From the NCBI RefSeq assembly GCF_002709775.1, contig NZ_PAQR01000043.1:15192-79191 (forward strand): DNA of 64,000 nt, given 5' to 3'. This document shows positions 28,469 to 37,478 of the stretch, in pieces. This DNA comes from Thalassospira sp. Its GTDB lineage: Bacteria > Pseudomonadota > Alphaproteobacteria > Rhodospirillales > Thalassospiraceae. The notes beneath the pieces were generated by a model, which saw only the letters and a program-made list of their open reading frames with translations, was not told where the DNA came from and searched no databases. Both the position numbers and the translations under genes were made by a program. Within the stretch, counting starts at the first letter, position 1; each line of letters starts with the position of its first letter.

Positions 28469-29332
28469 TTATGGCTCAAGACTGCGGTGCAGGCCCGTGA
28501 CAAGTTCGCCGTAAGATGGCTCGTTGTCGGCGCTGAGATACCCGTGGCGGATCAGGAAATCAATCACCACCAGCGCGCAGTTGAACTTGAAATCAAAGCC
28601 GGTGCGGACCATCTCGGCCACCTCGGCGATGGGTAGAAGGTCAAACCGCTCGACCTCGCCATCGGCGCAGTGCGGGACAAAGTCTTCGGGCAATTCCAGA
28701 TCGAAATTGACCATGATGTCGGGCTTCAGGCCTTCGGCGGTTTCATACAGATAGGATACAGTGCCGATCGCGATGACGTTTTCAGCCAAGCTTGCCGGGA
28801 TGCCAGCTTCTTCGGCGCATTCCTTGATCATGTTTTCGCGAAAGCCAAGCCCGGTCGGTTGGCCGCCAGCCACCATATTGTCGAGCATGCCGGGATAGGT
28901 AGGTTTGTCCTGTGCGCGTTTGGCGATCCACATGTGAATGCCGTCCGCCTTGCGAACAAAGCCGTTCATATGCACGCCCCATGACCGACAGCCGAAATAG
29001 GGCATGGCAAAACGGTCAAGCTGACACAGCGGATCATCGGCAAGCCGATTGCGGATATCGAACTTCTCGCCGTGCAGGCGCTTTATCACGCCCTGTTCGC
29101 AAAGGGTTTCCGTGGCATCGATCAGGATCTGGTTGCGGTGATCAACGGTTTTGATGTGCGGACCAAACCCGTACTCGCCGTTCTCATCGCGGATGAAACT
29201 GTCGCCCAGCCCGGTGAGGGCCGTGGCAAATTCTGACCGGATGGCGCCGACCGGAAGGTTGCCAATGCGAAAGCGGGCATAGCGCGACAGATTGGCGTTG
29301 TTACAAGCATGGATGTGATCAAGATAGGCCAA
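28469..29332 (-). CDS. NUDIX hydrolase with DUF4743-type N-terminal domain
   Basis: YFGCRSWGVHMNG, WIAKRA, YPGMLDNMVAGG, Nudix-like box ENMIKECAEEAG, FKFNCALV. Confidence 0.85.
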   Translation of the reverse strand: MAYLDHIHACNNANLSRYARFRIGNLPVGAIRSEFATALTGLGDSFIRDENGEYGFGPHIKTVDHRNQILIDATETLCEQGVIKRLHGEKFDIRNRLADDPLCQLDRFAMPYFGCRSWGVHMNGFVRKADGIHMWIAKRAQDKPTYPGMLDNMVAGGQPTGLGFRENMIKECAEEAGIPASLAENVIAIGTVSYLYETAEGLKPDIMVNFDLELPEDFVPHCADGEVERFDLLPIAEVAEMVRTGFDFKFNCALVVIDFLIRHGYLSADNEPSYGELVTGLHRSLEP

Positions 29333-29392
29333 GTCGGAACTCCTGTCGGCAAGGGCGCTGCAATTTGCTGCAGCGCCGCGTGCCCGGACAGC

Positions 29393-29719
29393 CTACGCGC
29401 TAAGTGCGGAGTTTGAATAGCCCTTTTCCGAGGTCAGAACCGTATTCACGTGAATGATCTGTCGCAGGCAGCGCGCGATATGTTCAGCAACCTTGGTTTC
29501 AAGTTGCTGGACCTGGATATCGATCTGCAATTCTTCATAGCCACGCATCCCATCGGCAACGGTGGAATGCCAGCTGGCCGGAACAAGGTTGCGCTTGGCA
29601 AACAGTTCAAGGACACGCGGCATCACGTCCGGTTCGGCAGCGGCGTGAACGGAAAAACAGTAAACGGATTTGGGGGTATGTGCGTCGTGTGTGGACGCAG
29701 CAAATGCATGATCGGTCAT
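29393..29719 (-). CDS. Stand-alone ACT-domain protein (IlvM-like)
   Basis: FSVHAAAEPDVMPRVLELFAKRNL...IDIQV...CLRQIIHVNTV fits an ACT beta-alpha-beta-beta-alpha-beta pattern. Confidence 0.75.
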   Translation of the reverse strand: MTDHAFAASTHDAHTPKSVYCFSVHAAAEPDVMPRVLELFAKRNLVPASWHSTVADGMRGYEELQIDIQVQQLETKVAEHIARCLRQIIHVNTVLTSEKGYSNSALSA

Positions 29720-29747
29720 GACAATGCTCACAGATATTCAGTACATC

Positions 29748-29789
29748 AAAAAGGCGAACAGATACGTCCCGGTGTCCTTAGACAACCGG
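29748..29789 (-). promoter_or_regulatory. Putative attenuator RNA structure
   Basis: mRNA CCGG-U-UGUC-UAAG-GACA-CCGG (29789-29769) followed by a U5 tract (29752-29748). Confidence 0.5.
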
Positions 29790-29837
29790 GCTGATAATTC
29801 GCGCAATGATGACCGAAAGAATGCTGTGGTGTGTCAT
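29778..29837 (-). CDS. Putative Ile/Val/Leu-rich leader peptide MTHHSILSVIIARIISPVV
   Basis: 19 codons, 9 of them Ile (5), Val (3) or Leu (1). Its stop lies in the loop of a hairpin, 58 nt before the ACT start. Confidence 0.65.
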   Translation of the reverse strand: MTHHSILSVIIARIISPVV

Positions 29838-29913
29838 GAAGCTATTTAAAGAAGGGTCTCTTCAAAACCGAAAGGTTTGAATGGGGACACAAATGACGAA
29901 AGCGGAAGCCTGG

Positions 29914-30036
29914 TCAGATGACCAGAAGCGATGCGATGACAGCCAGAATGGTACCAGCGAACAGGATTTCCATCGAACGGGCGATCTGCTGTTCACGGGC
30001 AATGGCGATTGCAACGGCTTTGCGCTTATTCATCAT
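29914..30036 (-). CDS. Small 40-aa single-pass membrane protein (below the ORF-track cutoff)
   Basis: MMNKRKAVAIAIAREQQIARSMEILFAGTILAVIASLLVI. GGAG Shine-Dalgarno and strongly host-like codons. Confidence 0.7.
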   Translation of the reverse strand: MMNKRKAVAIAIAREQQIARSMEILFAGTILAVIASLLVI

Positions 30037-30254
30037 GTTTACTCCGTCTTCTGACAGGTAGTGGCAATGTGCCGCTCTCGGCACACGTCAAATATAGGCA
30101 GGCAAAAGCCCGAGTTACAAGAGTTCAGAGTCAAAAAACGTCAAAAAACTTTCAACCTCATGGAAAAGGTCACGTTTTTGATCGCTGTTTTGTCACAAAT
30201 TGGCTCGGCCTTTCCTGCTTGGGCTTCTGTATCGCTTCTCAGGGCTGCTCGCGA

Positions 30255-32684
30255 TCAGACAGTTTCAATACCGCTATCGCGATTCGCCGGGGTTTCTGCG
30301 GTTTCGCTCTGGTTTACCACGTGCCAGTAATCGCTGATTGGCTTGGGATATCCGTACTTATAGCCCTGCACCGAACGGCAATCATGATCGGTCAGGAAGC
30401 TTGCCTGCTCGTCGGTTTCGACCCCTTCGGCAATGACATCAAGATTAAGGTCACGGCTGAGATTTATGACCGCACGGACGATGGCGATGGCCTGATCGTT
30501 GCTAACCAGCTTCTTGATGAAGGACTGATCAATCTTGATTCGGTCGACCGGGAAGTTCTGCAAGGTCGCGAGTGACGAATAGCCCGTGCCGAAATCATCC
30601 ATGGCAATCCGCACACCAAGTTTCTTGATGTCCGAAAGGATCTTCATCGAGCGCGCCGGATTATGAATAAGTGCTGTTTCGGTGACTTCCAGCTCAAGGC
30701 GCTTCGGGTCGAGGCCCGTTTCTTCAAGGATCTCGGCAACCAGTTCCGGTAATTCATGCTTCTGAAGCTGCACAGCCGACAGGTTGACCCCGATACCCAG
30801 CGGGTTTTTCCAGCGAGATGCTTCCAGGCACGCGGTTCTCAGCACCCATTCACCCAGCGGTACGATCAGGCCGGTTTCCTCGGCAATCGGGATGAAGCGG
30901 CCCGGCGGGATCGATCCCATTTCCGGATCGGTCCAGCGCAGCAGCGCTTCAAACGAATTGATCACTCGGCCATCGGTCTGGCATTGCGGCTGGTAATGCA
31001 GTTCAAGCTGGCCGTTCTCCATCGCATTGCGCAGGTTAGAGGAAAGCTGGCGCTTGAAGCGGTATTCTTCGTCCATCTCGGGGGAATAGAACACCATGTC
31101 ATTGCCGCCCGATTGCTTGACCCGATACATCGCCAGGTCGGCATGGAACAGGATGCTTTCGCCGTCATTGCCGTCAGCCGGGTAATGGGCGATGCCAATA
31201 CTTGAGGAAAGCTTGGCGCGGTGTTCTGCATTGATGAAGACCGGGATGGCGACACAATCAAGGATCTGCTGGGCAACATCGCGCGACCGCGCAATTACGT
31301 CGTCCTCATCCGCACCCTCTTTATGCTGCAGCAGGGTGACAAATTCGTCGCCGCCAACGCGTGCGATGACGACATCATCGGAAAACAGTTTCGACAGACG
31401 TTCCCCCAGTTCGCGCAGGGCATGGTCACCGGCAATGTGGCCATAGCTGTCATTGAGTTCCTTGAAGTGATCGAAATCGATGCACATCACGGTGGCGGGC
31501 GTGCCGGTTTTATCGGATTTCTGAAGGGCGGCCGCCAACCGGTCGTTAAAGGTTGTCCGGTTCAGAAGTTTGGTCAGCGAATCATGTTCGGCCAGGAAGC
31601 GGATATGGTGTTCGGCCGCGCGCCGTTCGCGCAAGTCACGAAGACCGAAGATCACCGTTGCATCCGAAAACTCATCGGCGGGAATTTCGCGCCGCACTAC
31701 CTCGACCGGGATTTCGCTGTTATTGGTCCAGGACAGGTTGGTCTCGGCATAGCTGATCTCCCCCGACTTGAAAGCAACTGGCGTCGCCGAAAGCCATTCG
31801 CTTAGAAAATCGCAATCAAGGATCTCCGCACGGCTCACCCCGCCCAGCTTCAGGAAACTGTCATTGGCATCAATCACCTGGCCATTCTGGGTCAGGACAA
31901 GCGCCTCGATCGCGGAGTCGCCCAGAATACGCATGCGGTTGCTGACATGATCGCGAAGCTGGCGATCGACAAGGGCGGTCACAAAGCCAATGGCAATCAG
32001 AATGGCTGCAACCACCGCAACTCCGACGGCAAGATATTCTTGCGAAATCAGCTGTTCGGGGACGGGCACGGTTGGATCGGGGGTAATGATCAGTGCGCCC
32101 ATTGCGCTGAAGTGCATGGTCGCAACGGCGATGGTCAAACTGGCTTTGCCCAGCAGTTTCTGACGTTCGGTTTGTGCCGCACCCGCAAGCCAAAGCGACA
32201 CTATTCCGAACAGTGCGCCCATCACGATGGCGGCAATCACGATATCCATGTGCCAGCTGATAACACCGGGAACGCTGATGGCGGACATGCCGGTAAAATG
32301 CATCGCCGAAATGCCAAGCCCGACAACAAGGCCGCCGACGATCCGCGACATCAAACGATGCGGCCCGCCGACTGACGCAATGGCAAAGCCGATGGTGGTT
32401 GCGGCAATCGCAATCGCCAGTGAAACCGCCGTTTCAACCGGTTCATATCCAACGGGAACCGTTGGGTCATAGGACATCATTGCGATGAAATGAGTGGCCC
32501 AGATGCCCCCACCGGTCACAACACCGGTCAGGAACAGCCATGCGATTTTCTGGCGCAGGCGGCCGATGCAGGCCCGTGCGTACAGATTGAATGCGGTATG
32601 AATGCCGCCCAGTCCGATCAGAAGGGCAACAAGGACCAGTACGATGTCGTGCTGGTGGGCCAGGCAGTCATAAATTCTGTACAT
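30255..32684 (-). CDS. MHYT-PAS-GGDEF-EAL c-di-GMP signalling membrane protein
   Basis: Three MHYT-like repeats (WATHFIAM, AMHFTGM, TMHFSAM), a PAS-like segment, ARVGGDEF, FEALLRW and DDFGTGYSSL. Confidence 0.93.
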   Translation of the reverse strand: MYRIYDCLAHQHDIVLVLVALLIGLGGIHTAFNLYARACIGRLRQKIAWLFLTGVVTGGGIWATHFIAMMSYDPTVPVGYEPVETAVSLAIAIAATTIGFAIASVGGPHRLMSRIVGGLVVGLGISAMHFTGMSAISVPGVISWHMDIVIAAIVMGALFGIVSLWLAGAAQTERQKLLGKASLTIAVATMHFSAMGALIITPDPTVPVPEQLISQEYLAVGVAVVAAILIAIGFVTALVDRQLRDHVSNRMRILGDSAIEALVLTQNGQVIDANDSFLKLGGVSRAEILDCDFLSEWLSATPVAFKSGEISYAETNLSWTNNSEIPVEVVRREIPADEFSDATVIFGLRDLRERRAAEHHIRFLAEHDSLTKLLNRTTFNDRLAAALQKSDKTGTPATVMCIDFDHFKELNDSYGHIAGDHALRELGERLSKLFSDDVVIARVGGDEFVTLLQHKEGADEDDVIARSRDVAQQILDCVAIPVFINAEHRAKLSSSIGIAHYPADGNDGESILFHADLAMYRVKQSGGNDMVFYSPEMDEEYRFKRQLSSNLRNAMENGQLELHYQPQCQTDGRVINSFEALLRWTDPEMGSIPPGRFIPIAEETGLIVPLGEWVLRTACLEASRWKNPLGIGVNLSAVQLQKHELPELVAEILEETGLDPKRLELEVTETALIHNPARSMKILSDIKKLGVRIAMDDFGTGYSSLATLQNFPVDRIKIDQSFIKKLVSNDQAIAIVRAVINLSRDLNLDVIAEGVETDEQASFLTDHDCRSVQGYKYGYPKPISDYWHVVNQSETAETPANRDSGIETV

Positions 32685-32804
32685 TAACGAGCCGATTTAA
32701 AAATTTATGTAATAGTTTCAAATACTATCACATTTTACTGGTGTAATTTTAATTCGGCCTTTGTACGCGAAGCAACCCAAAATGGATCCTTCGCGTTTTG
32801 GTTT

Positions 32805-33833
32805 CTAACGGATGACAACGTCGCGTTGGCCAATCATGCGCGGGGTACTGTCACCACGGGTAAAGGTAATCTCCCCGTGATAGGTCCCGGCTGGCCAATT
32901 GCTTCCGGGGCGGTCCATATTGATAAAGAACCACTTTGCGCGCGGACCGGCATCATTGGGCAGATCAATGACAAAGTCACGATGACCGCCCTTGCCATCG
33001 GGGGTTTGCAGGCTCATGCGGATGACGTCACCATCATTGGCCCCGATAAGGTAAGCCCAGAAATAAAGCCCCGGGCTGGTGCTTGGCAGTTCCTGATCCT
33101 TGCCATAGCCGCGCTTGAGGTCAGACGCATTCGGGCGTGCCATGGAAAACCCGTGACCATAAAGCGTGATTTCGTTGTAGGTCAGCTGTGCTCGAGCAGT
33201 CGTCGACCAAAGGGCCGCGTTCTCAACACTGCAATCGTTTGACGTGCTCGACCCCATGGTGGTGCCGCTAAACGGATCAACAAGTTCGCCATCCTTGCGC
33301 AGGTTGAAATGCAGATGCGGGAAGGTGGCCTGACCGGAAATGCCGATGCGGCCAATGACCTGTCCCCGGCTGACCCGGTCGCCCTGTTTGACTGCGACCC
33401 ATCCACGGCGCAAATGGCAATACTGGCTTTGCCAGCCATTATCGTGATCAATCAGGATGCCATTGCCGCATTCAATGCCTTCAAGGCTGCTGGTGGCGAT
33501 CCGGCCAGAGTCGATATCCTCGACCCCGTCGCGCAGCGCAACAACCGTGCCGTCCGCAATCGACAAGACCGGAACGCCGTCAAGCATGGTTGCCTCATCC
33601 GGAATGGCGAAATCAGTACCGCGATGGCCATCATATGTCGTGGTACCACAGGCATAGTCACGAATGTTCGGACCGGCATCATGATCAACGTAATGCACGA
33701 TGTCGCAGGTATTGCCTTCACATACGATTGGCAAATCGAACGGTGGGCCATCCGCAAAAGCGGTGCTGCCAAAGGATAGGGTCGCGAACACCGAAAGAAA
33801 AAGTGTCCGAATAGATCCTGATCGTTCTGGCAT
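32805..33833 (-). CDS. M23-family metallopeptidase, secreted
   Basis: Signal peptide, YDGHRGTDF, QYCHL, FPHLHF. Confidence 0.88.
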   Translation of the reverse strand: MPERSGSIRTLFLSVFATLSFGSTAFADGPPFDLPIVCEGNTCDIVHYVDHDAGPNIRDYACGTTTYDGHRGTDFAIPDEATMLDGVPVLSIADGTVVALRDGVEDIDSGRIATSSLEGIECGNGILIDHDNGWQSQYCHLRRGWVAVKQGDRVSRGQVIGRIGISGQATFPHLHFNLRKDGELVDPFSGTTMGSSTSNDCSVENAALWSTTARAQLTYNEITLYGHGFSMARPNASDLKRGYGKDQELPSTSPGLYFWAYLIGANDGDVIRMSLQTPDGKGGHRDFVIDLPNDAGPRAKWFFINMDRPGSNWPAGTYHGEITFTRGDSTPRMIGQRDVVIR

Positions 33834-34011
33834 AAGGCCCCCTGTTTTCGAATTTGGTCACTGCACTTTGGTGTTCTGGTATGAATCACCTTTCTCTAAC
33901 ATAAAGGTGATCAGGCTGCGACGTGCAAGATATTGTTTGTAGATTGCGCTTTCCGCTATCACTTCAAGATGGCAAATATGAACACGATCTCATCACGCAA
34001 GGCAGGATGAA

Positions 34012-34803
34012 ATGGATCAGAGCGGATTGTTTCGGCTGGGTATCTTTGCCGCTATTCTGGCGGTCATGGCTTTGTGGGAGGCCCTGGCCCCCTATCGGCC
34101 CAAGGAAGCCGTGCGCCGTCCCATGCGCTGGCTGACCAATTTTGGCCTACTGTTGCTAAGCGCTGCACTGACACGGTTCACCATCGGTGCGGCAATGATC
34201 GCGACGGCCATCTGGGCGCAGGCCAATGGCTGGGGCCTGAACAACATTGCAGGACTACCGGCGCTTCTGGCGGGCCTTATCACTATCATTGTTCTGGATT
34301 GTGCAATCTATTGGCAGCATCGCCTGACCCATATCGTGCCGATCTTCTGGCGGTTCCATCGGGTGCATCACTGCGATACCGAATTTGATGTCTCGACCGC
34401 TGTGCGCTTTCACCCGTTCGAGATCGTCGCATCCGCACTTTATAAATCGTTCTTTGTTCTGATGATCGGTGCCGATCCATGGGCGGTGGTGGTGTATGAA
34501 AGCATGCTTAGCGGCTTTGCCCTGTTTAACCACGGCAATGTCCATCTGCCCAAAAGCCTGGATCGGGCCTTGCGCATGCTGGTGGTGACACCCGATATGC
34601 ACCGGGTTCACCATTCCAGTGTGATGAAAGAAACCAACAGCAACTACGGCAATATCCTGTCGGTCTGGGATCGCCTGTTTGTCAGCTACATCGACCACAC
34701 CAGGGTCAATGATCACGACATGCAGATCGGCCTTGAAGAATTCCGCGACAAGGACAGTCAAAGTTTGCTGGGTGTTTTGTGCATGCCGTTCAGGCGCCGC
34801 TGA
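34012..34803 (+). CDS. Sterol desaturase / fatty-acid hydroxylase family membrane protein
   Basis: His boxes YWQHRLTH, HRVHH, FNHGN, MHRVHHS. Confidence 0.88.
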   Translation: MDQSGLFRLGIFAAILAVMALWEALAPYRPKEAVRRPMRWLTNFGLLLLSAALTRFTIGAAMIATAIWAQANGWGLNNIAGLPALLAGLITIIVLDCAIYWQHRLTHIVPIFWRFHRVHHCDTEFDVSTAVRFHPFEIVASALYKSFFVLMIGADPWAVVVYESMLSGFALFNHGNVHLPKSLDRALRMLVVTPDMHRVHHSSVMKETNSNYGNILSVWDRLFVSYIDHTRVNDHDMQIGLEEFRDKDSQSLLGVLCMPFRRR

Positions 34804-34810
34804 TCAGGGC

Positions 34811-35602
34811 TTACGCCGGAACCACCCCACGCACTGCCATCGCCGACGCCACCAGTGACCTGCGCCCATCGGTCTTGCCACCAAGATAGGCCAGTCGGGT
34901 GGCCTGCTGGATTTCGTGGGCCATGTCGGCATATTGCCGATTAAAGAATGTGCGGATCAGGCTGTGCGCACCCATCAGCGATTGCCAATAATCATCGAAA
35001 TCGATGAAGTCCATGCGCACAGCCAAGGTGGTTGTGTCGATGTCGCGCAAACCCGCATCCGACCAAAGATCATAAAGATCGTCTTCGTCCTTATAGGGAA
35101 CGTCAAAAATCTCCTCGCGGAGCTTTTCACCTTCTACCCCGGCCAGAATGGCGGCGGCATCGAGAAACAGCCGGATAAAGGTCAGCCCGCCAGAACGGTC
35201 CCAGACCGATGCGGCCACCCGACCATCAGGTTTGGTCACACGTACCATTTCGCCCAAAGCCTTCACCGGGTCTTCCAGGTCATTGATCAGAAGCTGCGAA
35301 CAGGCGGTATCAAAACTGTTGTCGTCAAAGGGCAGGGACGACGCATCACCGGTCTTGAGTTCGATATTCGCCGCTTCTTCGCGCAGGGCATCGGTCAGGT
35401 AATCGGGGATCAGGTCAATACCGACAACGCGCGCATCGGGATACCGGTTTGCCGCGGCCAGCGTCAGGCTGCCGGTGCCGCAGCCGACATCAACCAGCGC
35501 CCCACAGGACGGGGCGGCAACAAAATCAAGGAAACTGCGCGACAGGCGGCGGCTCCATCGACCCATGGCAATTTCATAGGTGTCGGCAATCGTGTTGTTC
35601 AT
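34811..35602 (-). CDS. Class I SAM-dependent methyltransferase
   Basis: YEIAMGRWSR, VDVGCGTG, GDASSLPFDDNSFD. Confidence 0.88.
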   Translation of the reverse strand: MNNTIADTYEIAMGRWSRRLSRSFLDFVAAPSCGALVDVGCGTGSLTLAAANRYPDARVVGIDLIPDYLTDALREEAANIELKTGDASSLPFDDNSFDTACSQLLINDLEDPVKALGEMVRVTKPDGRVAASVWDRSGGLTFIRLFLDAAAILAGVEGEKLREEIFDVPYKDEDDLYDLWSDAGLRDIDTTTLAVRMDFIDFDDYWQSLMGAHSLIRTFFNRQYADMAHEIQQATRLAYLGGKTDGRRSLVASAMAVRGVVPA

Positions 35603-35772
35603 CCGGGGCGTTTCCTCAAATTTGTTTGATTTATTTTAATCCGGTGCCAGATGGCCATGCCCTGATATGTCCCGCTTCCCAACAATTTCAAGCATTAGGA
35701 CCTTTGCCAATTGGCCATTCGACGAAATAGGCATTGCTCATTTCAAAAAATGCGCAATAAAATTACAAATAT

Positions 35773-35781
35773 TGCATTGCA
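35773..35781. promoter_or_regulatory. Possible PhaR-type site upstream of the MaoC dehydratase
   Basis: TGCATTGCA fits TGCRNYGCA. Short motif, so it could be chance. Confidence 0.3.
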
Positions 35782-35846
35782 AAATAATCATAAGCGCGAC
35801 ATCTGCAATGTAAGCGACTGCGCAACAGGCAAGGGGTTCCAAGGAA

Positions 35847-36284
35847 ATGAACGAACGCGACGGACTTCACGGGCTGTATCTCGAAGATCTCGAGGTCGGC
35901 TTGTCAGCAAGTTATGGCAAGACAGTCACCGAAACCGACATTGTGATGTTTGCCGGTATTACCGGCGATACCAATCCGGTGCACCTTAATCAGGATTACG
36001 CCGAAACCACGATGTTTGAAGGCCGCATTGCCCATGGCATGCTTTCCGCCGGGTTTATTTCCACCGTTCTTGGTACCCGCCTTCCGGGGCCGGGCACCAT
36101 TTATCTTTCGCAAAACCTGCAATTCAAGGCACCGGTTCGCATTGGCGATACCGTGACGGCACGGGTGACTGTGCGTGAAATCATCGCGGAAAAGAAACGC
36201 GCCATTCTCGAAACCAATTGCTATGTCGGGGATCGTTGCGTGATCACCGGTGAAGCAACGGTCATGGTGCCCTCACGCGGCTAG
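35847..36284 (+). CDS. MaoC-family dehydratase ((R)-specific enoyl-CoA hydratase, PhaJ-like)
   Basis: FAGITGDTNPVH, RIAHGML, PGPGTIYLSQNLQFKAPV. Confidence 0.9.
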   Translation: MNERDGLHGLYLEDLEVGLSASYGKTVTETDIVMFAGITGDTNPVHLNQDYAETTMFEGRIAHGMLSAGFISTVLGTRLPGPGTIYLSQNLQFKAPVRIGDTVTARVTVREIIAEKKRAILETNCYVGDRCVITGEATVMVPSRG

Positions 36285-36413
36285 GGTCAGGAAACGGCGC
36301 TTTTTTGTCGGAAAAGTCTTTACGCTTCGGGCCTGCGCCCTATATAGCTGCCTGCTGGATTTGCCGATAAAAGGTCGGCAGGCATGGAACGCAGCAAAGA
36401 GAGACCGGCGCGA

Positions 36414-37370
36414 ATGCGCGTTTTTCGATCTTTTGAGAACCTGACCGATGATGCGCGCGGCGCCGTTGTGGCGATCGGCAATTTCGATGGTTTGCATCTG
36501 GGGCATCAAACGCTTCTGGATCAGGCCCGCGCGATTGCCCGCGATCTCGGCGCGCCGCTTGCCATCCTGACCTTTGAACCCCATCCGCGCATGCTGTTTC
36601 GCGCCGATGATCCGCCATTTCGCCTGACCTCGGCCGAGGATCGCGAAACTGCGGCTGGCAGCATTGATATCGACCTGTTCTACGAGGTCGAATTCAATCG
36701 CGACTTCGCGGCCATGACCGCCGAAGAATTCATCGAGCGCGTTCTGGTCAGCGGCCTTGGTGCCAAGCATATCGTTGTTGGCTGGGATTTCTGTTTCGGC
36801 AAGGGCCGGGCAGGTGACGTTGATCTGTTGCGCGCGATTGGCGAGAAGTCCGGTTTTGGCGTAACCGCGGTAACCGCTGTGACCCATGATAACGGGATTG
36901 TCTATTCCTCGACTGCGATCCGTCAGGCGCTGCGTGAAGGCCGCCCGGAAGACGCCAAGCATCTTTTGGGGCGCCCGTGGGAAATCGCCGGGATTGTCGC
37001 CCATGGCGATGCGCGTGGTCGGACGATCGGTTTTCCAACCGCCAATGTGGCATTGGGTAATCACCTGCGCCCGAAATTCGGTGTCTATGCCGTCGAACTT
37101 GGACTGGTTTCCGAAGAAGATGGCAAAACCGTTGAACGCTGGGTGCCCGGAGTCGCCAATATCGGTGTGCGGCCAAGCTTTGGCGGTGATGACGATGCCG
37201 GGCTTGAAGCACACCTTTTTGACTTTGATCAGGACATCTATGACCGGCGGGTCCGCGTGCGTCTGCACGGCTTTATCCGTGGGGAACAGAAGTTCGATGG
37301 GCTTGATGCCCTGAAGGCCCAGATCGCAGCAGATGTGATCACTGCCAAGGATATTCTCGGCAAGATTTGA
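36414..37370 (+). CDS. ribF: Bifunctional riboflavin kinase / FAD synthetase
   Basis: IGNFDGLHLGHQ, TFEPHP, GRTIGFPTAN, NIGVRPSF, EAHLFDF. Alternative start at 36384. Confidence 0.96.
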   Translation: MRVFRSFENLTDDARGAVVAIGNFDGLHLGHQTLLDQARAIARDLGAPLAILTFEPHPRMLFRADDPPFRLTSAEDRETAAGSIDIDLFYEVEFNRDFAAMTAEEFIERVLVSGLGAKHIVVGWDFCFGKGRAGDVDLLRAIGEKSGFGVTAVTAVTHDNGIVYSSTAIRQALREGRPEDAKHLLGRPWEIAGIVAHGDARGRTIGFPTANVALGNHLRPKFGVYAVELGLVSEEDGKTVERWVPGVANIGVRPSFGGDDDAGLEAHLFDFDQDIYDRRVRVRLHGFIRGEQKFDGLDALKAQIAADVITAKDILGKI

Positions 37371-37478
37371 ATTTGTTGACGAACCCGCTATGATCCGCGC
37401 GCTTTTCGCAAGATTGGCGTTTGCGAGATCTCCGGGGGTTCGCCCTTTTAATTTGTTCAAGACGACAGGACCGTCACG

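Noticed and set aside
36282-36292. TAGGGTCAGGA, matching the start of the MITE terminal repeat
   Set aside because: Only about 10 bp match, no partner inverted repeat nearby, and it overlaps the maoC stop codon; likely chance.
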